The notes below the pieces were generated by a model. That model did no database searches and was not told the origin of the DNA. It worked only from the letters and a program-made list of their open reading frames with translations. Shown in pieces: positions 1 through 9,520 of a stretch of DNA of 43,039 nt. Source of the stretch: Nitrospiraceae bacterium (GTDB taxonomy: Bacteria > Nitrospirota > Nitrospiria > Nitrospirales > UBA2166); contig PBSN01000012.1 of the NCBI GenBank assembly GCA_002726235.1, positions 62,001 through 105,039 of the forward strand, written 5' to 3'. The first letter of the stretch is position 1. Each line of letters opens with the position of its first letter. The translations under genes were made by a program, and so were the position numbers.

Positions 1-590
1 ACCAGGTTCATATCTACTTGTGCCATTGAATCCTCTTCATAACAGAGATCCGTCATAAGCATATTGCCCACTTTTCCTACGCTGATTGCGGCGAGGTAAT
101 CGGTCAGTACTTGTTTCTTGATGAGGCTCTTATTTTTTGCGAACATGATAGCATCGTGAAGTGCGAGAAAACTTCCCGTGATTGATGCGGTTCGTGTTCC
201 ACCATCAGCCTGGATGACATCACAGTCGATCCAAACCGTCCGTTCTCCAAGTGCCTCAAGGTCGGCAACCGAACGCAGTGACCGGCCAATGAGACGCTGG
301 ATTTCATGTGTCCGTCCGCCGATCTTTCCGCGAGATGATTCTCGTGGGCTCCGTTGGTGTGTAGAGCGTGGAAGCATTGAGTATTCTGCGGTGATCCATC
401 CAGTCCCTTTGTCTCTTAAGAAAGGCGGCACTTTCTCTTCTAGGGAGGCTGTACAGATGACTTTCGTTTCGCCCATTTCAATCAAGACAGACCCTTCTGC
501 TGGCTTGATGAAATTTCGAGTAATTGTCACTGGGCGATGGGCGGAACATGCGCGACCATCTTTTCGAATCATTGATGCTGCAATGGTCAT
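1..590 (-). CDS. rph: Ribonuclease PH (3'-truncated by window edge)
   Basis: Absent from the ORF track (no stop in window). Manual minus-strand translation from ATG 590 (alternative 572) gives MIRKDGR...[19 protein letters not shown]...[14 protein letters not shown]...[15 protein letters not shown]...[17 protein letters not shown], the canonical RNase PH motifs. Confidence 0.96.
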   Translation of the reverse strand, partial: MTIAASMIRKDGRACSAHRPVTITRNFIKPAEGSVLIEMGETKVICTASLEEKVPPFLRDKGTGWITAEYSMLPRSTHQRSPRESSRGKIGGRTHEIQRLIGRSLRSVADLEALGERTVWIDCDVIQADGGTRTASITGSFLALHDAIMFAKNKSLIKKQVLTDYLAAISVGKVGNMLMTDLCYEEDSMAQVDMNL

Positions 591-730
591 GAGTGTTGAG
601 TGGGAGGTTTGCTCTCCTTGGCTTGGCGTTTAATTTTTTTTACGATGTAAAATCGAAGCATGAGAAGCCCAACGATAAGAAGACTAACTCCACCGATGAA
701 TACTTCAGCCTGTCCAATAACGTAAGGCAT
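587..730 (-). CDS. Small single-pass membrane protein (47 aa), hypothetical
   Basis: [47 protein letters not shown]: one hydrophobic helix followed by a basic stretch. Stop overlaps the rph ATG (ATGA). No clear SD sequence. Confidence 0.5.
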   Translation of the reverse strand: MPYVIGQAEVFIGGVSLLIVGLLMLRFYIVKKIKRQAKESKPPTQHS

Positions 731-791
731 AGTAACCGAAATATTGCCGTTTTGACAGGGGAAATTCAAGTATGCTACCGTTCACACTGTA

Positions 792-1367
792 ATGAAAGTT
801 GGACCAAAAACAGTTGTCGCAATGGATTATGCTGTCCTCTTGGATTCTGGTGAAGTTGGGGAGTCTACCTATGGGAAGAGTCCTGTTCAATTTATTTACG
901 GGGACCAGACAGTTGTCCCAGGTTTGTATAAGGCAATTGCCGGATTGACGAAGGGTGACCGGAGATCGTTCAAGATTGATCCAACGGAAGGGTATGGAGT
1001 TTATGAGGCGTCAGAGGTTCGCAAAGTGCCACGAGCGGGTCTTCCCCCAGAGCTGACTCCTGAAGTGAACATGGCACTCCAAGTGAAGGATCCGACTGGA
1101 ACCTACCGTCTGGTCACGATTAAAGAAGTCGAAGATGAAACGCTCACCGTGGATTTCAACCACCCGTACGCAGGCCATACGCTTACATTTGATGTCCTGA
1201 TTCGTGACGTCCGCGAGGTAACAGACGAAGAGTTGGAACAAGGTCTTACGTCACAAGTAGAAGAGGGCGAGGATGACCTTTCTGCGTACTCAGGTCCTGG
1301 GGGTAACATTGCGGATAACATCATGGAAGATGATGAGCCTCCAGATTACCCGGAAGCGTTCAACTGA
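792..1367 (+). CDS. slyD: FKBP-type peptidyl-prolyl cis-trans isomerase, SlyD family
   Basis: Motifs P.EGYG, VDFNHPYAGHTLTFDV and VREVTDEEL; acidic C-terminal tail. Confidence 0.9.
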   Translation: MKVGPKTVVAMDYAVLLDSGEVGESTYGKSPVQFIYGDQTVVPGLYKAIAGLTKGDRRSFKIDPTEGYGVYEASEVRKVPRAGLPPELTPEVNMALQVKDPTGTYRLVTIKEVEDETLTVDFNHPYAGHTLTFDVLIRDVREVTDEELEQGLTSQVEEGEDDLSAYSGPGGNIADNIMEDDEPPDYPEAFN

Positions 1368-1392
1368 ACGAGTTTCTGCTGTTTTACATCTT

Positions 1393-1818
1393 TCACTTCT
1401 CTGATTTATCCCTGCCGTTTTTTCCTTTTATTGCTTTCGGTGAAGATGCTGTAGGCGGTGTTGTGTTGTTTGCTTTGTTGCTCTCAGGCGATGATGTGGA
1501 TGTTGTAGCATGGTCTGCAGAGGGTGAGGAGTCTGGGGTTTTTTCTTTGTCAGGAGACGTACCTTCTTTTGACGTATCACTCGGTGCAGTATTCTCACTG
1601 GGTTTTTCAGCTTGTTCTTTTGAATCTGGGGGTTTCGATTTTGACGAGTAGTCGGTGATATACCAGCCTGTACCCTTAAATGATAGCCCTGGGGCTGAGA
1701 TTAGTTTGGTTACTTTTCCAGAACATTGCTCGCATTTTGTGATTGGTTGGTCCGAGAACTTTTGAATTAGTTCAAAGCGATACCCGCACTTATTGCATGA
1801 ATATTCATATAAAGGCAT
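1393..1818 (-). CDS. FmdB-family zinc-ribbon regulatory protein with low-complexity tail
   Basis: MPLYEYSCNKCG...CEQCSG...LISAPGLSFKGTGWYITDY; AGGAG SD before ATG 1818. Confidence 0.9.
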   Translation of the reverse strand: MPLYEYSCNKCGYRFELIQKFSDQPITKCEQCSGKVTKLISAPGLSFKGTGWYITDYSSKSKPPDSKEQAEKPSENTAPSDTSKEGTSPDKEKTPDSSPSADHATTSTSSPESNKANNTTPPTASSPKAIKGKNGRDKSEK

Positions 1819-2011
1819 TAAACATCTCCTAAGTGATAGATGTAGAGTCACTATTCATACATCTTCTTCTTTTTCCTAGACTGTCGTTTTTCTAGTGCGC
1901 GAACCATTACGTATGTCTCAGGAACGTTTCTGTCTACGGTCCTCTTGTATTGTCATTATGCGATACCATTGAATCCATCTGGGTTGAGACAGTAATGGAT
2001 GTGGTCGCGTC

Positions 2012-3217
2012 TCATGACGCTACTGTTTGAAGTTTTTGTAGTGCGAGGTGGACTCGTTCGAGTCCACCTTTGACCTTCTCGCGACTTGTCGCATACGAAA
2101 CGCGAAGATGAGATGGGGACCCAAACGGATTGCCTGGAACGATAGCCACGTGCGCTTCGTGGAGTAAGTATGTTGCGATTTGGGATGCTGATGTCATGGA
2201 TTTGTTGGCCAAACGGGTACCAATGAGTTCTGAAATGTTCGGAAAGAGGTAAAAGGCACCCTCTGGCTCGAGACAGCTCACTCTAGGGATGGCCGTCAAT
2301 TGTGCATGTCCCATGGCACGTCGCTCCGAAAATTCTTTGACCATTCTGGTGTAGAAATCACGACCTTCACGCAAGGCTCCAATGGCCGCCTTTTGTGCGA
2401 TCGAACTTGGATTGGACGTGCTCTGGCTTTGGATGGTCACCATCGCTGAAATAATTGGTTTGGGTCCCGCGGCATATCCGATTCGCCATCCGGTCATGGC
2501 AAATGTCTTGGAAATGCCGTTGATTACAATTGTTCGTGCTTTGATTTTTGGTCCAAGTGAGGCAATGCTGCAATGTGTGCGGCCATCGTATAGGAAGTGT
2601 TCGTAGATCTCGTCAGAGATCACAAGAAGATCGTGGGTGATTGCAAAATCGGCAATCGCCTCCAGCGTTGTCTGATCATAGACTGCTCCGGTCGGATTGG
2701 AAGGGCTGTTGATTATGAGTGCTTTAGTTCGAGGCGTAATAAACTGTGTGAGCTGCGTCGCCGTCATTTTAAACCCTGTCTGCTCGTTTGTCGGGATGAA
2801 CACTGGAACTCCACCGTGAAGGCGGACTTGATCTGGATAGGTGAGCCAGTAAGGTGACGGGATTAGAACCTCATCCCCGGGGTTCAACAATACCTGCATG
2901 AGATTGAAGAGAGAGTGTTTGGCACCGCACGACACGATAATTTCGTCGTTGACGTATTTCAGATTATTTTCATAGATGAGCTTTTCGGCGATAGTTGCTT
3001 TGAGCGGGATAATGCCGGATGTGTTGGTATATTTGGTAAAACCTTCCTCAATCGCTTGGATGGCATCGTGTTTAGCTTGATATGGGCTTTCGAAATCAGG
3101 TTCTCCTGCGGCAAGATCAACGATATCGATCCCTGATGCCCGCATTTCATTGGCATAGGAAGTAATTCCTAATGTGGCGGATGGGGCAATTCCCTGTAGC
3201 TGATTAGCAAGTTTCAT
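2012..3217 (-). CDS. aspC: PLP-dependent class I aminotransferase (aspartate aminotransferase-like)
   Basis: GEPDF, NSPSNPTG, SDEIY and PLP-lysine motif SKTFAMTGWRIGY; ATGA overlap with coaD. Confidence 0.9.
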   Translation of the reverse strand: MKLANQLQGIAPSATLGITSYANEMRASGIDIVDLAAGEPDFESPYQAKHDAIQAIEEGFTKYTNTSGIIPLKATIAEKLIYENNLKYVNDEIIVSCGAKHSLFNLMQVLLNPGDEVLIPSPYWLTYPDQVRLHGGVPVFIPTNEQTGFKMTATQLTQFITPRTKALIINSPSNPTGAVYDQTTLEAIADFAITHDLLVISDEIYEHFLYDGRTHCSIASLGPKIKARTIVINGISKTFAMTGWRIGYAAGPKPIISAMVTIQSQSTSNPSSIAQKAAIGALREGRDFYTRMVKEFSERRAMGHAQLTAIPRVSCLEPEGAFYLFPNISELIGTRLANKSMTSASQIATYLLHEAHVAIVPGNPFGSPSHLRVSYATSREKVKGGLERVHLALQKLQTVAS

Positions 3218-3702
3218 GATGGCGTCTTCTTGTAGCGCTCTAACAAACGATCGGCAACGTCAGAGGGAACGAATCGCTTCACATCGGCGCCGAAAGTTGC
3301 CAATTCCTTAATCGAACTGGATGTGAGGTAGGAATATTCCTCGTTGGGAATGAGAAATAGTGTTTCGATGTCGGGATGAATTTTGCGGTTAATCATAGCC
3401 ATTTGGAGTTCATATTCAAAGTCAGAGGATGCGCGAAGGCCGCGGATGACTGCGTGTGCTTCCTTCTGTTCCACATAGGAAACCACCAATCCGTCAAATG
3501 CTTCGATGGTGATATTTGTCAACTTCTTTGTGGCTAGACAAGCTAATTCAATGCGTTCTTCAATCGGGAATATAGGCTGTTTGCGTGAACTTTTGGCGAT
3601 GGCGACATAAAGGTGATCACAGAGGCGGAGGCTTCGCATGATGATGTCGATATGCCCATTTGTGATGGGATCAAATGTTCCTGGAAAAACAAGCGTCTTC
3701 AC
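3214..3702 (-). CDS. coaD: Phosphopantetheine adenylyltransferase
   Basis: FPGTFDPITNGH, IRGLRASSDFEYE, SSSIKE. Confidence 0.97.
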   Translation of the reverse strand: MKTLVFPGTFDPITNGHIDIIMRSLRLCDHLYVAIAKSSRKQPIFPIEERIELACLATKKLTNITIEAFDGLVVSYVEQKEAHAVIRGLRASSDFEYELQMAMINRKIHPDIETLFLIPNEEYSYLTSSSIKELATFGADVKRFVPSDVADRLLERYKKTPS

Positions 3703-3711
3703 AGTTCCTCT

Positions 3712-4305
3712 TCAGGATGAGACCGTTGATGGTATGGATGAGGATTCGTAAATAGACAAGGCCGAATCGCCATACCTATAGGTTGAGGTTTTTGAAAATA
3801 TCCCACATGTGTCCTCCATGAGGTGTTTGGAATGATGCTCGAGCACAAGGAGCCCGTTGGGTTGAAGCCAGTCACCCCTTGTGATGTGGGCCATGAGTAT
3901 ATGTAAGACTGAGGTGTCGTAGGGAGGATCAGCAAAAATGATGTCGGCTGGTTTTGTATAGTGGCGGGTTCTGGTGAGATAGGCCTTGACATCGAGTGTA
4001 TAGAGGTGGATAGCTGATCGTTGTGTTGGCGGCATTGATTCACAGTATCGTTCCACATTTCGTTTCAGGAGTGCCGATGTCTTTCGGTTTTGTTCGACGA
4101 ATATTACCGTTGAGGCTCCACGGCTATGGGCTTCAAGTCCGATGCTTCCGGTGCCGGCATACAGGTCGAGAAATGTTGATCCATCAATCTTAGTGCTGAG
4201 GATATCAAACAACGCTTCCCTCACTCGTCCTAAGGTGGGTCGAATCTTTAACTTTTTTGGCAAGGGGATCGATAACCCCTTTCGTGCTCCTGCTCCTATC
4301 CGCAC
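3712..4305 (-). CDS. rsmD: 16S rRNA (guanine(966)-N2)-methyltransferase
   Basis: RPTLGRVREALF, LDLYAGTGSIGLEA, DPPY, YGDS; typical rsmD-coaD order. Confidence 0.93.
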   Translation of the reverse strand: MRIGAGARKGLSIPLPKKLKIRPTLGRVREALFDILSTKIDGSTFLDLYAGTGSIGLEAHSRGASTVIFVEQNRKTSALLKRNVERYCESMPPTQRSAIHLYTLDVKAYLTRTRHYTKPADIIFADPPYDTSVLHILMAHITRGDWLQPNGLLVLEHHSKHLMEDTCGIFSKTSTYRYGDSALSIYESSSIPSTVSS

Positions 4306-4395
4306 CGATGTTATCTCGAGATGAAATTAATTATCGGGTATTGCGTTGAAAGACTGTAAAAACAAATGTGAGAGCGAGTGGACGCTACAAACGAG

Positions 4396-4920
4396 TTATT
4401 GCGATGGCACGTGCTTTGGTGCTGGATTATTGCTTTTAGAATTTAACTTCTCAGTTGTTTCTGGTCCGATGGCGGCACCAAAATTCTCATCCTTGATATC
4501 AATAAAATCAATCAGCCAGTCTCCATCAATTTTCAGTAAATCGTAAATCTCGTACTGAACAATAGGACCTCGAATAGAGTCCACGGAACTCTTCAGAATA
4601 ACTTTGGCCTTGTGTTCTTCTTCTTGGACGCTGATGAGTTGGCCGCCAAGATGCTTATACTTCACGTGTTCTATGTACGATGCGTATGTTGTAACCCATT
4701 CGGCTTTGGACATGCCCCCGCGGTGATGTATGGTCATCATTTCGGCTGCACGCTCGTGGTTAATTCCATACGTCTTAATCCATTCCTGAACGAACTCGTA
4801 GGCGGAAACCGTGTTGTCTTTTGCGAACGCGACCAAGGGAACGATTGTAAGGAGTACGATGAGTACTGGCGTGACCCAGTATTGAGAGGGCGACAACATG
4901 CGCACGAGATAAGCCGTCAT
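4396..4920 (-). CDS. Hypothetical exported protein (NTF2-like fold suspected)
   Basis: N-terminal hydrophobic signal ending AFA-K; C-terminal KIDGDWLID beta-hairpin pattern typical of NTF2-like periplasmic proteins. Confidence 0.7.
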   Translation of the reverse strand: MTAYLVRMLSPSQYWVTPVLIVLLTIVPLVAFAKDNTVSAYEFVQEWIKTYGINHERAAEMMTIHHRGGMSKAEWVTTYASYIEHVKYKHLGGQLISVQEEEHKAKVILKSSVDSIRGPIVQYEIYDLLKIDGDWLIDFIDIKDENFGAAIGPETTEKLNSKSNNPAPKHVPSQ

Positions 4921-4941
4921 TGAGCTAGAGTTGGGATTGTG

Positions 4942-5649
4942 TCATCCCCCAAGGGTATCTAGCATCTCCTTTGGGCTGAGTGCAATGCAGGTAAAAATAG
5001 GAACATCTCGGCGTGTGAAACGGCTGGCCTCAACCCCTCGGAGCGCATGGACGAGATCGAGAAAATCTTCAGGTTTATCCGTTTCAAATGCGAGCATGAA
5101 TTCTTGATCGTCAACACCAAAGGAGTAGGTCGTATTCAGTCGTACCGATGGAAATTTATGACCAACCTCGATATGCTCGTCCATCATGCCTTGTCGTGCG
5201 GATTGGCTCATCAGGTACCAGTCACGTGTTTTCTCAAACGGATACACAAAATTATATTTTGATTTCCCAGGGACAATGGCGAGCCGCTTACCCTCCTGCC
5301 CTTCGTGAACGTGTTGGTCGACATAGATCGATCGTTTGGTCATGGAAAGATATGAATAGGGGGTGTGGAGATATTTGCCGAGACCTGTCGCGAGTAGTGC
5401 TCCACCCATGGATTGAAACGTCTCAACTTCGTACGAGATCCGCCACAGCATCATATCGCAATCCCCACGAATGCCGATGGTCGAGTAGCATACCGTAATC
5501 GGATTACCACGATAATCGTCGATGACTTGTTCAAATTCTTTCTTTCCTTTGGCTCGTTCGTCTGGTGGCAAGCGCCTCCATGCGGGGTCAACTTTGTAGA
5601 AGAGAAAGTTGACAAATTGCCGTCTCGCCTCAGTCTTCTCACCAGCCAT
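4942..5649 (-). CDS. chdC: Chlorite dismutase/coproheme decarboxylase (ChdC/HemQ)-family heme protein
   Basis: YPFEK...WY motif, proximal EH, TYSFGVDDQEF; GGGAGG SD. Family is certain, enzymatic function uncertain. Confidence 0.8.
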   Translation of the reverse strand: MAGEKTEARRQFVNFLFYKVDPAWRRLPPDERAKGKKEFEQVIDDYRGNPITVCYSTIGIRGDCDMMLWRISYEVETFQSMGGALLATGLGKYLHTPYSYLSMTKRSIYVDQHVHEGQEGKRLAIVPGKSKYNFVYPFEKTRDWYLMSQSARQGMMDEHIEVGHKFPSVRLNTTYSFGVDDQEFMLAFETDKPEDFLDLVHALRGVEASRFTRRDVPIFTCIALSPKEMLDTLGG

Positions 5650-5903
5650 ACAACGGTCCTCCCTCTATAATTAAAAACATGCGACGCGAGGCTCTACACC
5701 TCGTGCTAAAGGCGAGTTTTTGTAGCACTTGCGGGTCCAAATTGTCAATAAAAGTCGGTGTGTAATGGGCATTGAACGTAGGAGCGCCTGTTTTTTAACC
5801 CGTTGCGGTTTTTCTGATGGATGTGAGGGGACTTATGTGGCCCATGCAGTCTCCTTTTCGCACAATGGGGATGAATGCTACGAACTAGATTGGATGGTTT
5901 GCG

Positions 5904-6410
5904 TTAAAGTGAGGGAGTGGTGTTACGAAGTTGATCGATGTCTTCAGCGAGATCGGCGATTTCGCGTATAACTGAAGGTTTGAGGTCGTTGACATCGTCT
6001 TGAATATTAAGTAGGCGCGTGTGGATATTGTCGATTTGTTTTTCGATTTGTTCGGTGGTATTTGGGATAGCGCGTGTTTCAGTCAACAAGGCGATGGCCT
6101 TGCCGACTCCGTCTTGCGCTTCACCAAAGTTTTTTTTCTGAATCTCTTTTTTTGCGTCTAGCAACATGGCCTTTGCCCTGTTGAGATTGTGGTGTAGGGT
6201 CAGGTCATGTGTGAACTCCGATGATTTTTCAATCACAGTGGAAGTCATGGTCTTGACCTGACTCTTCAACGAATCCACAGGATCTTTCACAGGGTTTGCA
6301 ACGCCAAAGTAGTACCCCATCCAGAAGACTCCCGCCATTAATACGAGCCCCATGACGAATCGTGAGAAACGCCGTTGGGCTATCGGTTTTGGCGGTGTGT
6401 CATTGGACAT
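5904..6410 (-). CDS. Hypothetical membrane-anchored helical protein
   Basis: One N-terminal TM segment (FVMGLVLMAGVFWMGYYFG) then amphipathic helices; start ATG 6410 preferred over 6443. Confidence 0.75.
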   Translation of the reverse strand: MSNDTPPKPIAQRRFSRFVMGLVLMAGVFWMGYYFGVANPVKDPVDSLKSQVKTMTSTVIEKSSEFTHDLTLHHNLNRAKAMLLDAKKEIQKKNFGEAQDGVGKAIALLTETRAIPNTTEQIEKQIDNIHTRLLNIQDDVNDLKPSVIREIADLAEDIDQLRNTTPSL

Positions 6411-6449
6411 GGGGTACCCACTGAGGTGTAGATGCCCACACAAAGGGCA

Positions 6450-7037
6450 TTATTTCTGCACTGGTTTCACAAAAAATGTTTCTACGGTTTGCTTAGTGTC
6501 GAATGGCTGCTCCACACGTGGTGGTTTCTCCGTTAAGATGATATCTCGTGGGAGCTGGCGAGCGTGCGATGAGACGTGGTGTGGCTCAATTACGATTTCT
6601 TCATGCAGGGCGGTATGCACTGGCTGTGTTTGTGATGATTGCTTCGCCAATGTGACACTCAATGTGACACTTTGTGGGAGCTGATGTGCGTCTGATGAGA
6701 CGGGGCGTGGCTCAATCACGATTTCTTCGTGCAGGGTGGCATGCGCCTGTGTGGCTACCTTGGTCTCAATGACGACCTCGACGGTCTTTTCCGGTTGAGA
6801 GGCTTGTGGCTCCTGTGTAATGGAAATTAGTGGCTGTGTGTGGTGGCTTGGTTGTGCCGGTGTGCCTGGTTCTATCTCGACGACGACCTCGACGGTTTTT
6901 TCTGGTTTGGAGGGTTGCTCGGGTGTTGCCGCGATGGGTTTCGGCTCAATGCTACTTTGGAGTGGAGTGGCCGTATGTGTGGTCGTACACCCAATGAAAA
7001 ATATGGATAGTATGCACATGGCAAGTAGTTGTTTCAT
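6450..7037 (-). CDS. Hypothetical lipoprotein with internal repeats
   Basis: MKQLL...FFIG-C lipobox; GGGAGG SD; Pro/Gln/His/Glu/Val-rich repeats. Confidence 0.8.
   Translation of the reverse strand: MKQLLAMCILSIFFIGCTTTHTATPLQSSIEPKPIAATPEQPSKPEKTVEVVVEIEPGTPAQPSHHTQPLISITQEPQASQPEKTVEVVIETKVATQAHATLHEEIVIEPRPVSSDAHQLPQSVTLSVTLAKQSSQTQPVHTALHEEIVIEPHHVSSHARQLPRDIILTEKPPRVEQPFDTKQTVETFFVKPVQK
6548..6907. repeat. Intragenic degenerate direct repeats (126-bp and 111-bp periods)
   Basis: gtgggagctg...gatgagacg...ggctcaat.acgatttcttc.tgcaggg at 6548 and 6674; gacgacctcgacggt.tttt at 6771 and 6882; 12-bp tandem caatgtgacact x2 at about 6648-6671. Confidence 0.85.
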
Positions 7038-7116
7038 GTATCTCGCGCCTCCCTAAATACGCTGGAATTAGCCTTCTTACACATCTTATCCAGGCGAGTG
7101 ATCTAACGTCTGTATT

Positions 7117-8613
7117 TCACTTTACTGTCCGGATCATGGTGTTTCCCTCGTCAAGTCCATCAATTGTAGCACCAAAATCAGTTAATCGACATATATACTC
7201 AATGGTTTCCGATGTAATGACCTCTCCGGGAACTAGCAGGGCAATGCCGGGGGGATAGATGGTGACGACTTCGGCGCTTGTTTTTCCAGCTGACTCGTGA
7301 AGAGGGATGGGATGATGATCGGCTAGGAATGCTTCACGGGGTGTGAGTATACGCTGGCCTGGAGCTGGTGGGATTCCTGGATTGGTGATTGGGCGATCTG
7401 ATGTGCTCTGAATGGAATCTTTTGCGATGTGTTGGAGTGCGTCAACCAGCCGATCAATATCATGCTTTCGATCTCCAATGCTGATGATAACCAGAACATG
7501 AAAGGGATCTGCCATCTCGGCTTGGACTCGATATTCTGAGTTGAGCCTCTGTGATACTTGAAAACCGGTGAGTCCGAGGTCACGTACCTGAATGGTGAGT
7601 TTGGTAACATCGAGATGGGGATGATCATGGTGTCCAAAACATTGCAGTCCAGGAATTCGATTAATGCGCTTTCTTGCATCCTCAGCTAGGAAAATGGCGG
7701 TTTCAAGCAACTTTTCGCCTTCGGTTGCCATCTGCATTCTAGCGAGGTCAAGAGAAGCCATCAAGATATAGGATGGGCTCGTTGTTTGTAATAACCGTAG
7801 GTTTTGTGCAAGCCTGTCGAGATTAACGTGACCAGCTTTGGCGTGTAACATGGATGCTTGTGTCATCCCACCAATGATCTTGTGGGTGCTCTGAACAACT
7901 AGGTCAGCTCCGGCCTCCAATCCTGATATCGGCAATCCTTTGTGGAATCGGAGGTGGGGCCCGTGGGCTTCGTCCAAGAGAACGGTCATATTCTGCTTGT
8001 GCGCGTGTTCAATGATTGGCCTGAGTTCCGCACACAAACCGTAATAATTTGGGCTTGTGATCAACAATGTGCGAGCCTCAGGCGTCGCGGCGATTGCGTC
8101 TTTGACTTCATCACGCGACACATTCACTGCGAGTTGGAGTTTAGGATCAAATGCTGGGGAAAAATAGACAGGGGATGCACCACTGAGAATTAGACCGGTC
8201 ACGACAGACTTGTGCGCATTGCGCGCTACCAGTACGGTTTCGCCTGGTCGACAGGCGGTGGCCAACATTGCATGGACGCCGCCGCTGGTTCCGTTGATCA
8301 GAAAGTACGAGTGGTCAGCGCCGTACGCAAGCGCTGCAAGGCGTTGTGCCTCCTTGATGACTCCTTTGGGTTTTTGTAGAGAGTCAACTTCGTCAAGAGT
8401 CGTCAGGTCAATTGAAAAAATCTTTGGACCGACAAATTTTCGAAATCGTGTACTGATACCCTTACCGCTTTTATGTCCAGGCGTATGGAAGGAAACTTTT
8501 CGGCTTTCGGCTAATGCAACCATGGCGTCAAAGAGGGGAGTTTTATACTGACCGTCAGGAGGAGTCAGAGGTGCTGGAGCAGCAGGCTTGTGTGGGTCAT
8601 GTGGGGAAGGCAT
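7117..8613 (-). CDS. speA: Orn/Lys/Arg decarboxylase (fold-type I PLP, wing-less), probable arginine decarboxylase
   Basis: SFHTPGHK, NGTSGG, RNAHKS, DEAHG, QSTHK (PLP Lys), TTSPSY, YPPGI; last gene of speD-speE operon; start ATG 8613 chosen. Confidence 0.82.
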   Translation of the reverse strand: MPSPHDPHKPAAPAPLTPPDGQYKTPLFDAMVALAESRKVSFHTPGHKSGKGISTRFRKFVGPKIFSIDLTTLDEVDSLQKPKGVIKEAQRLAALAYGADHSYFLINGTSGGVHAMLATACRPGETVLVARNAHKSVVTGLILSGASPVYFSPAFDPKLQLAVNVSRDEVKDAIAATPEARTLLITSPNYYGLCAELRPIIEHAHKQNMTVLLDEAHGPHLRFHKGLPISGLEAGADLVVQSTHKIIGGMTQASMLHAKAGHVNLDRLAQNLRLLQTTSPSYILMASLDLARMQMATEGEKLLETAIFLAEDARKRINRIPGLQCFGHHDHPHLDVTKLTIQVRDLGLTGFQVSQRLNSEYRVQAEMADPFHVLVIISIGDRKHDIDRLVDALQHIAKDSIQSTSDRPITNPGIPPAPGQRILTPREAFLADHHPIPLHESAGKTSAEVVTIYPPGIALLVPGEVITSETIEYICRLTDFGATIDGLDEGNTMIRTVK

Positions 8614-9520
8614 AGAGCGGATGGTTGTCTTCGATGATGCGATCGACCTTCTCGATGGACTCCGCAATATGTTTTGGGAGTACAAATTGGGATCGACACA
8701 ACTCACCGGTAAGATATTTCATCTCTCCCGTGACGCGCTGCTCAATACGGGCTTTGAAGTCGTCGGCAGAAATGTCGCATGGGTCGAGGACTTTAGATGC
8801 GAAACTGAATCCCCACGGCCATCCGTAGGCTGGAACAAAGGCTTGGTATGGTCGAACCACTGGAAAATTCGTTTTGAGGGTTTGGTAGATTGCGCCGTAA
8901 TTCAAAAGAGAGTTGATGCTTGTTGCTCCTGCTTGGACCGCAATAATGCCATTTTCGGTTAGCCGTTCGTTAACCAGGTGATAGAATTCGCGGGTGAAGA
9001 GCAGATAGGCTGGGCCTTCTTCGATGGGGTCTGAGAGATCGATGATGATCACATCGAATGGTTCTTTAGTGTCTTCGATGTATTTTCGCGCGTCGGCATG
9101 AATGACTTGCGATCGTGTGTCGTCGAATGCACCTTGATGCCAACTCGGTAAATGTTCCCGACAGCTCTCGACCACGTCCTCGTCGATATCCACCATGACG
9201 GCTTTCTTCACCGACGGGTAACGAAGCGCTTCGCGTAATGTCGCGCCTTCCCCACCACCGACGATCATCACTCGGTGAGGTTCGGGATGTGTGAGCATTG
9301 CTGCATGAACGAGTGCCTCGTGGTAGATAAACTCATCCGACTCGGTGGATTGTAACTTGCCGTCCAAGACTAGGCAGAGGCCGTATCCCTCCGTGTCAAT
9401 GATGTCGATTTGCTGGAATTGTGAGGTCTTTGAGTAGAGGATCGATTTCACGCCATGCATGTGGACTTCATGCGGCGCGAGTTCTTCATGGAACCATTTG
9501 CAGTTCTTGAGGTTGGCCAT
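8597..9520 (-). CDS. speE: Polyamine aminopropyltransferase
   Basis: LDGKLQSTESDEFIYHEALVH, VGGGEGATLRE, DVIIIDLSDP. Confidence 0.95.
   Translation of the reverse strand: MANLKNCKWFHEELAPHEVHMHGVKSILYSKTSQFQQIDIIDTEGYGLCLVLDGKLQSTESDEFIYHEALVHAAMLTHPEPHRVMIVGGGEGATLREALRYPSVKKAVMVDIDEDVVESCREHLPSWHQGAFDDTRSQVIHADARKYIEDTKEPFDVIIIDLSDPIEEGPAYLLFTREFYHLVNERLTENGIIAVQAGATSINSLLNYGAIYQTLKTNFPVVRPYQAFVPAYGWPWGFSFASKVLDPCDISADDFKARIEQRVTGEMKYLTGELCRSQFVLPKHIAESIEKVDRIIEDNHPLYAFPT

Noticed and set aside
178..633. 151-aa plus-strand ORF
   Set aside because: Antisense shadow of rph, which is clearly encoded on the minus strand.
3699..4058. 119-aa alternative-frame ORF inside rsmD (and similar nested ORFs throughout the track)
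   Set aside because: Fully nested in well-supported genes, with no motifs or SD.
6548..6907. Repeats as a CRISPR array
   Set aside because: Only two copies of each unit, degenerate, in-frame within a CDS, and no cas genes.
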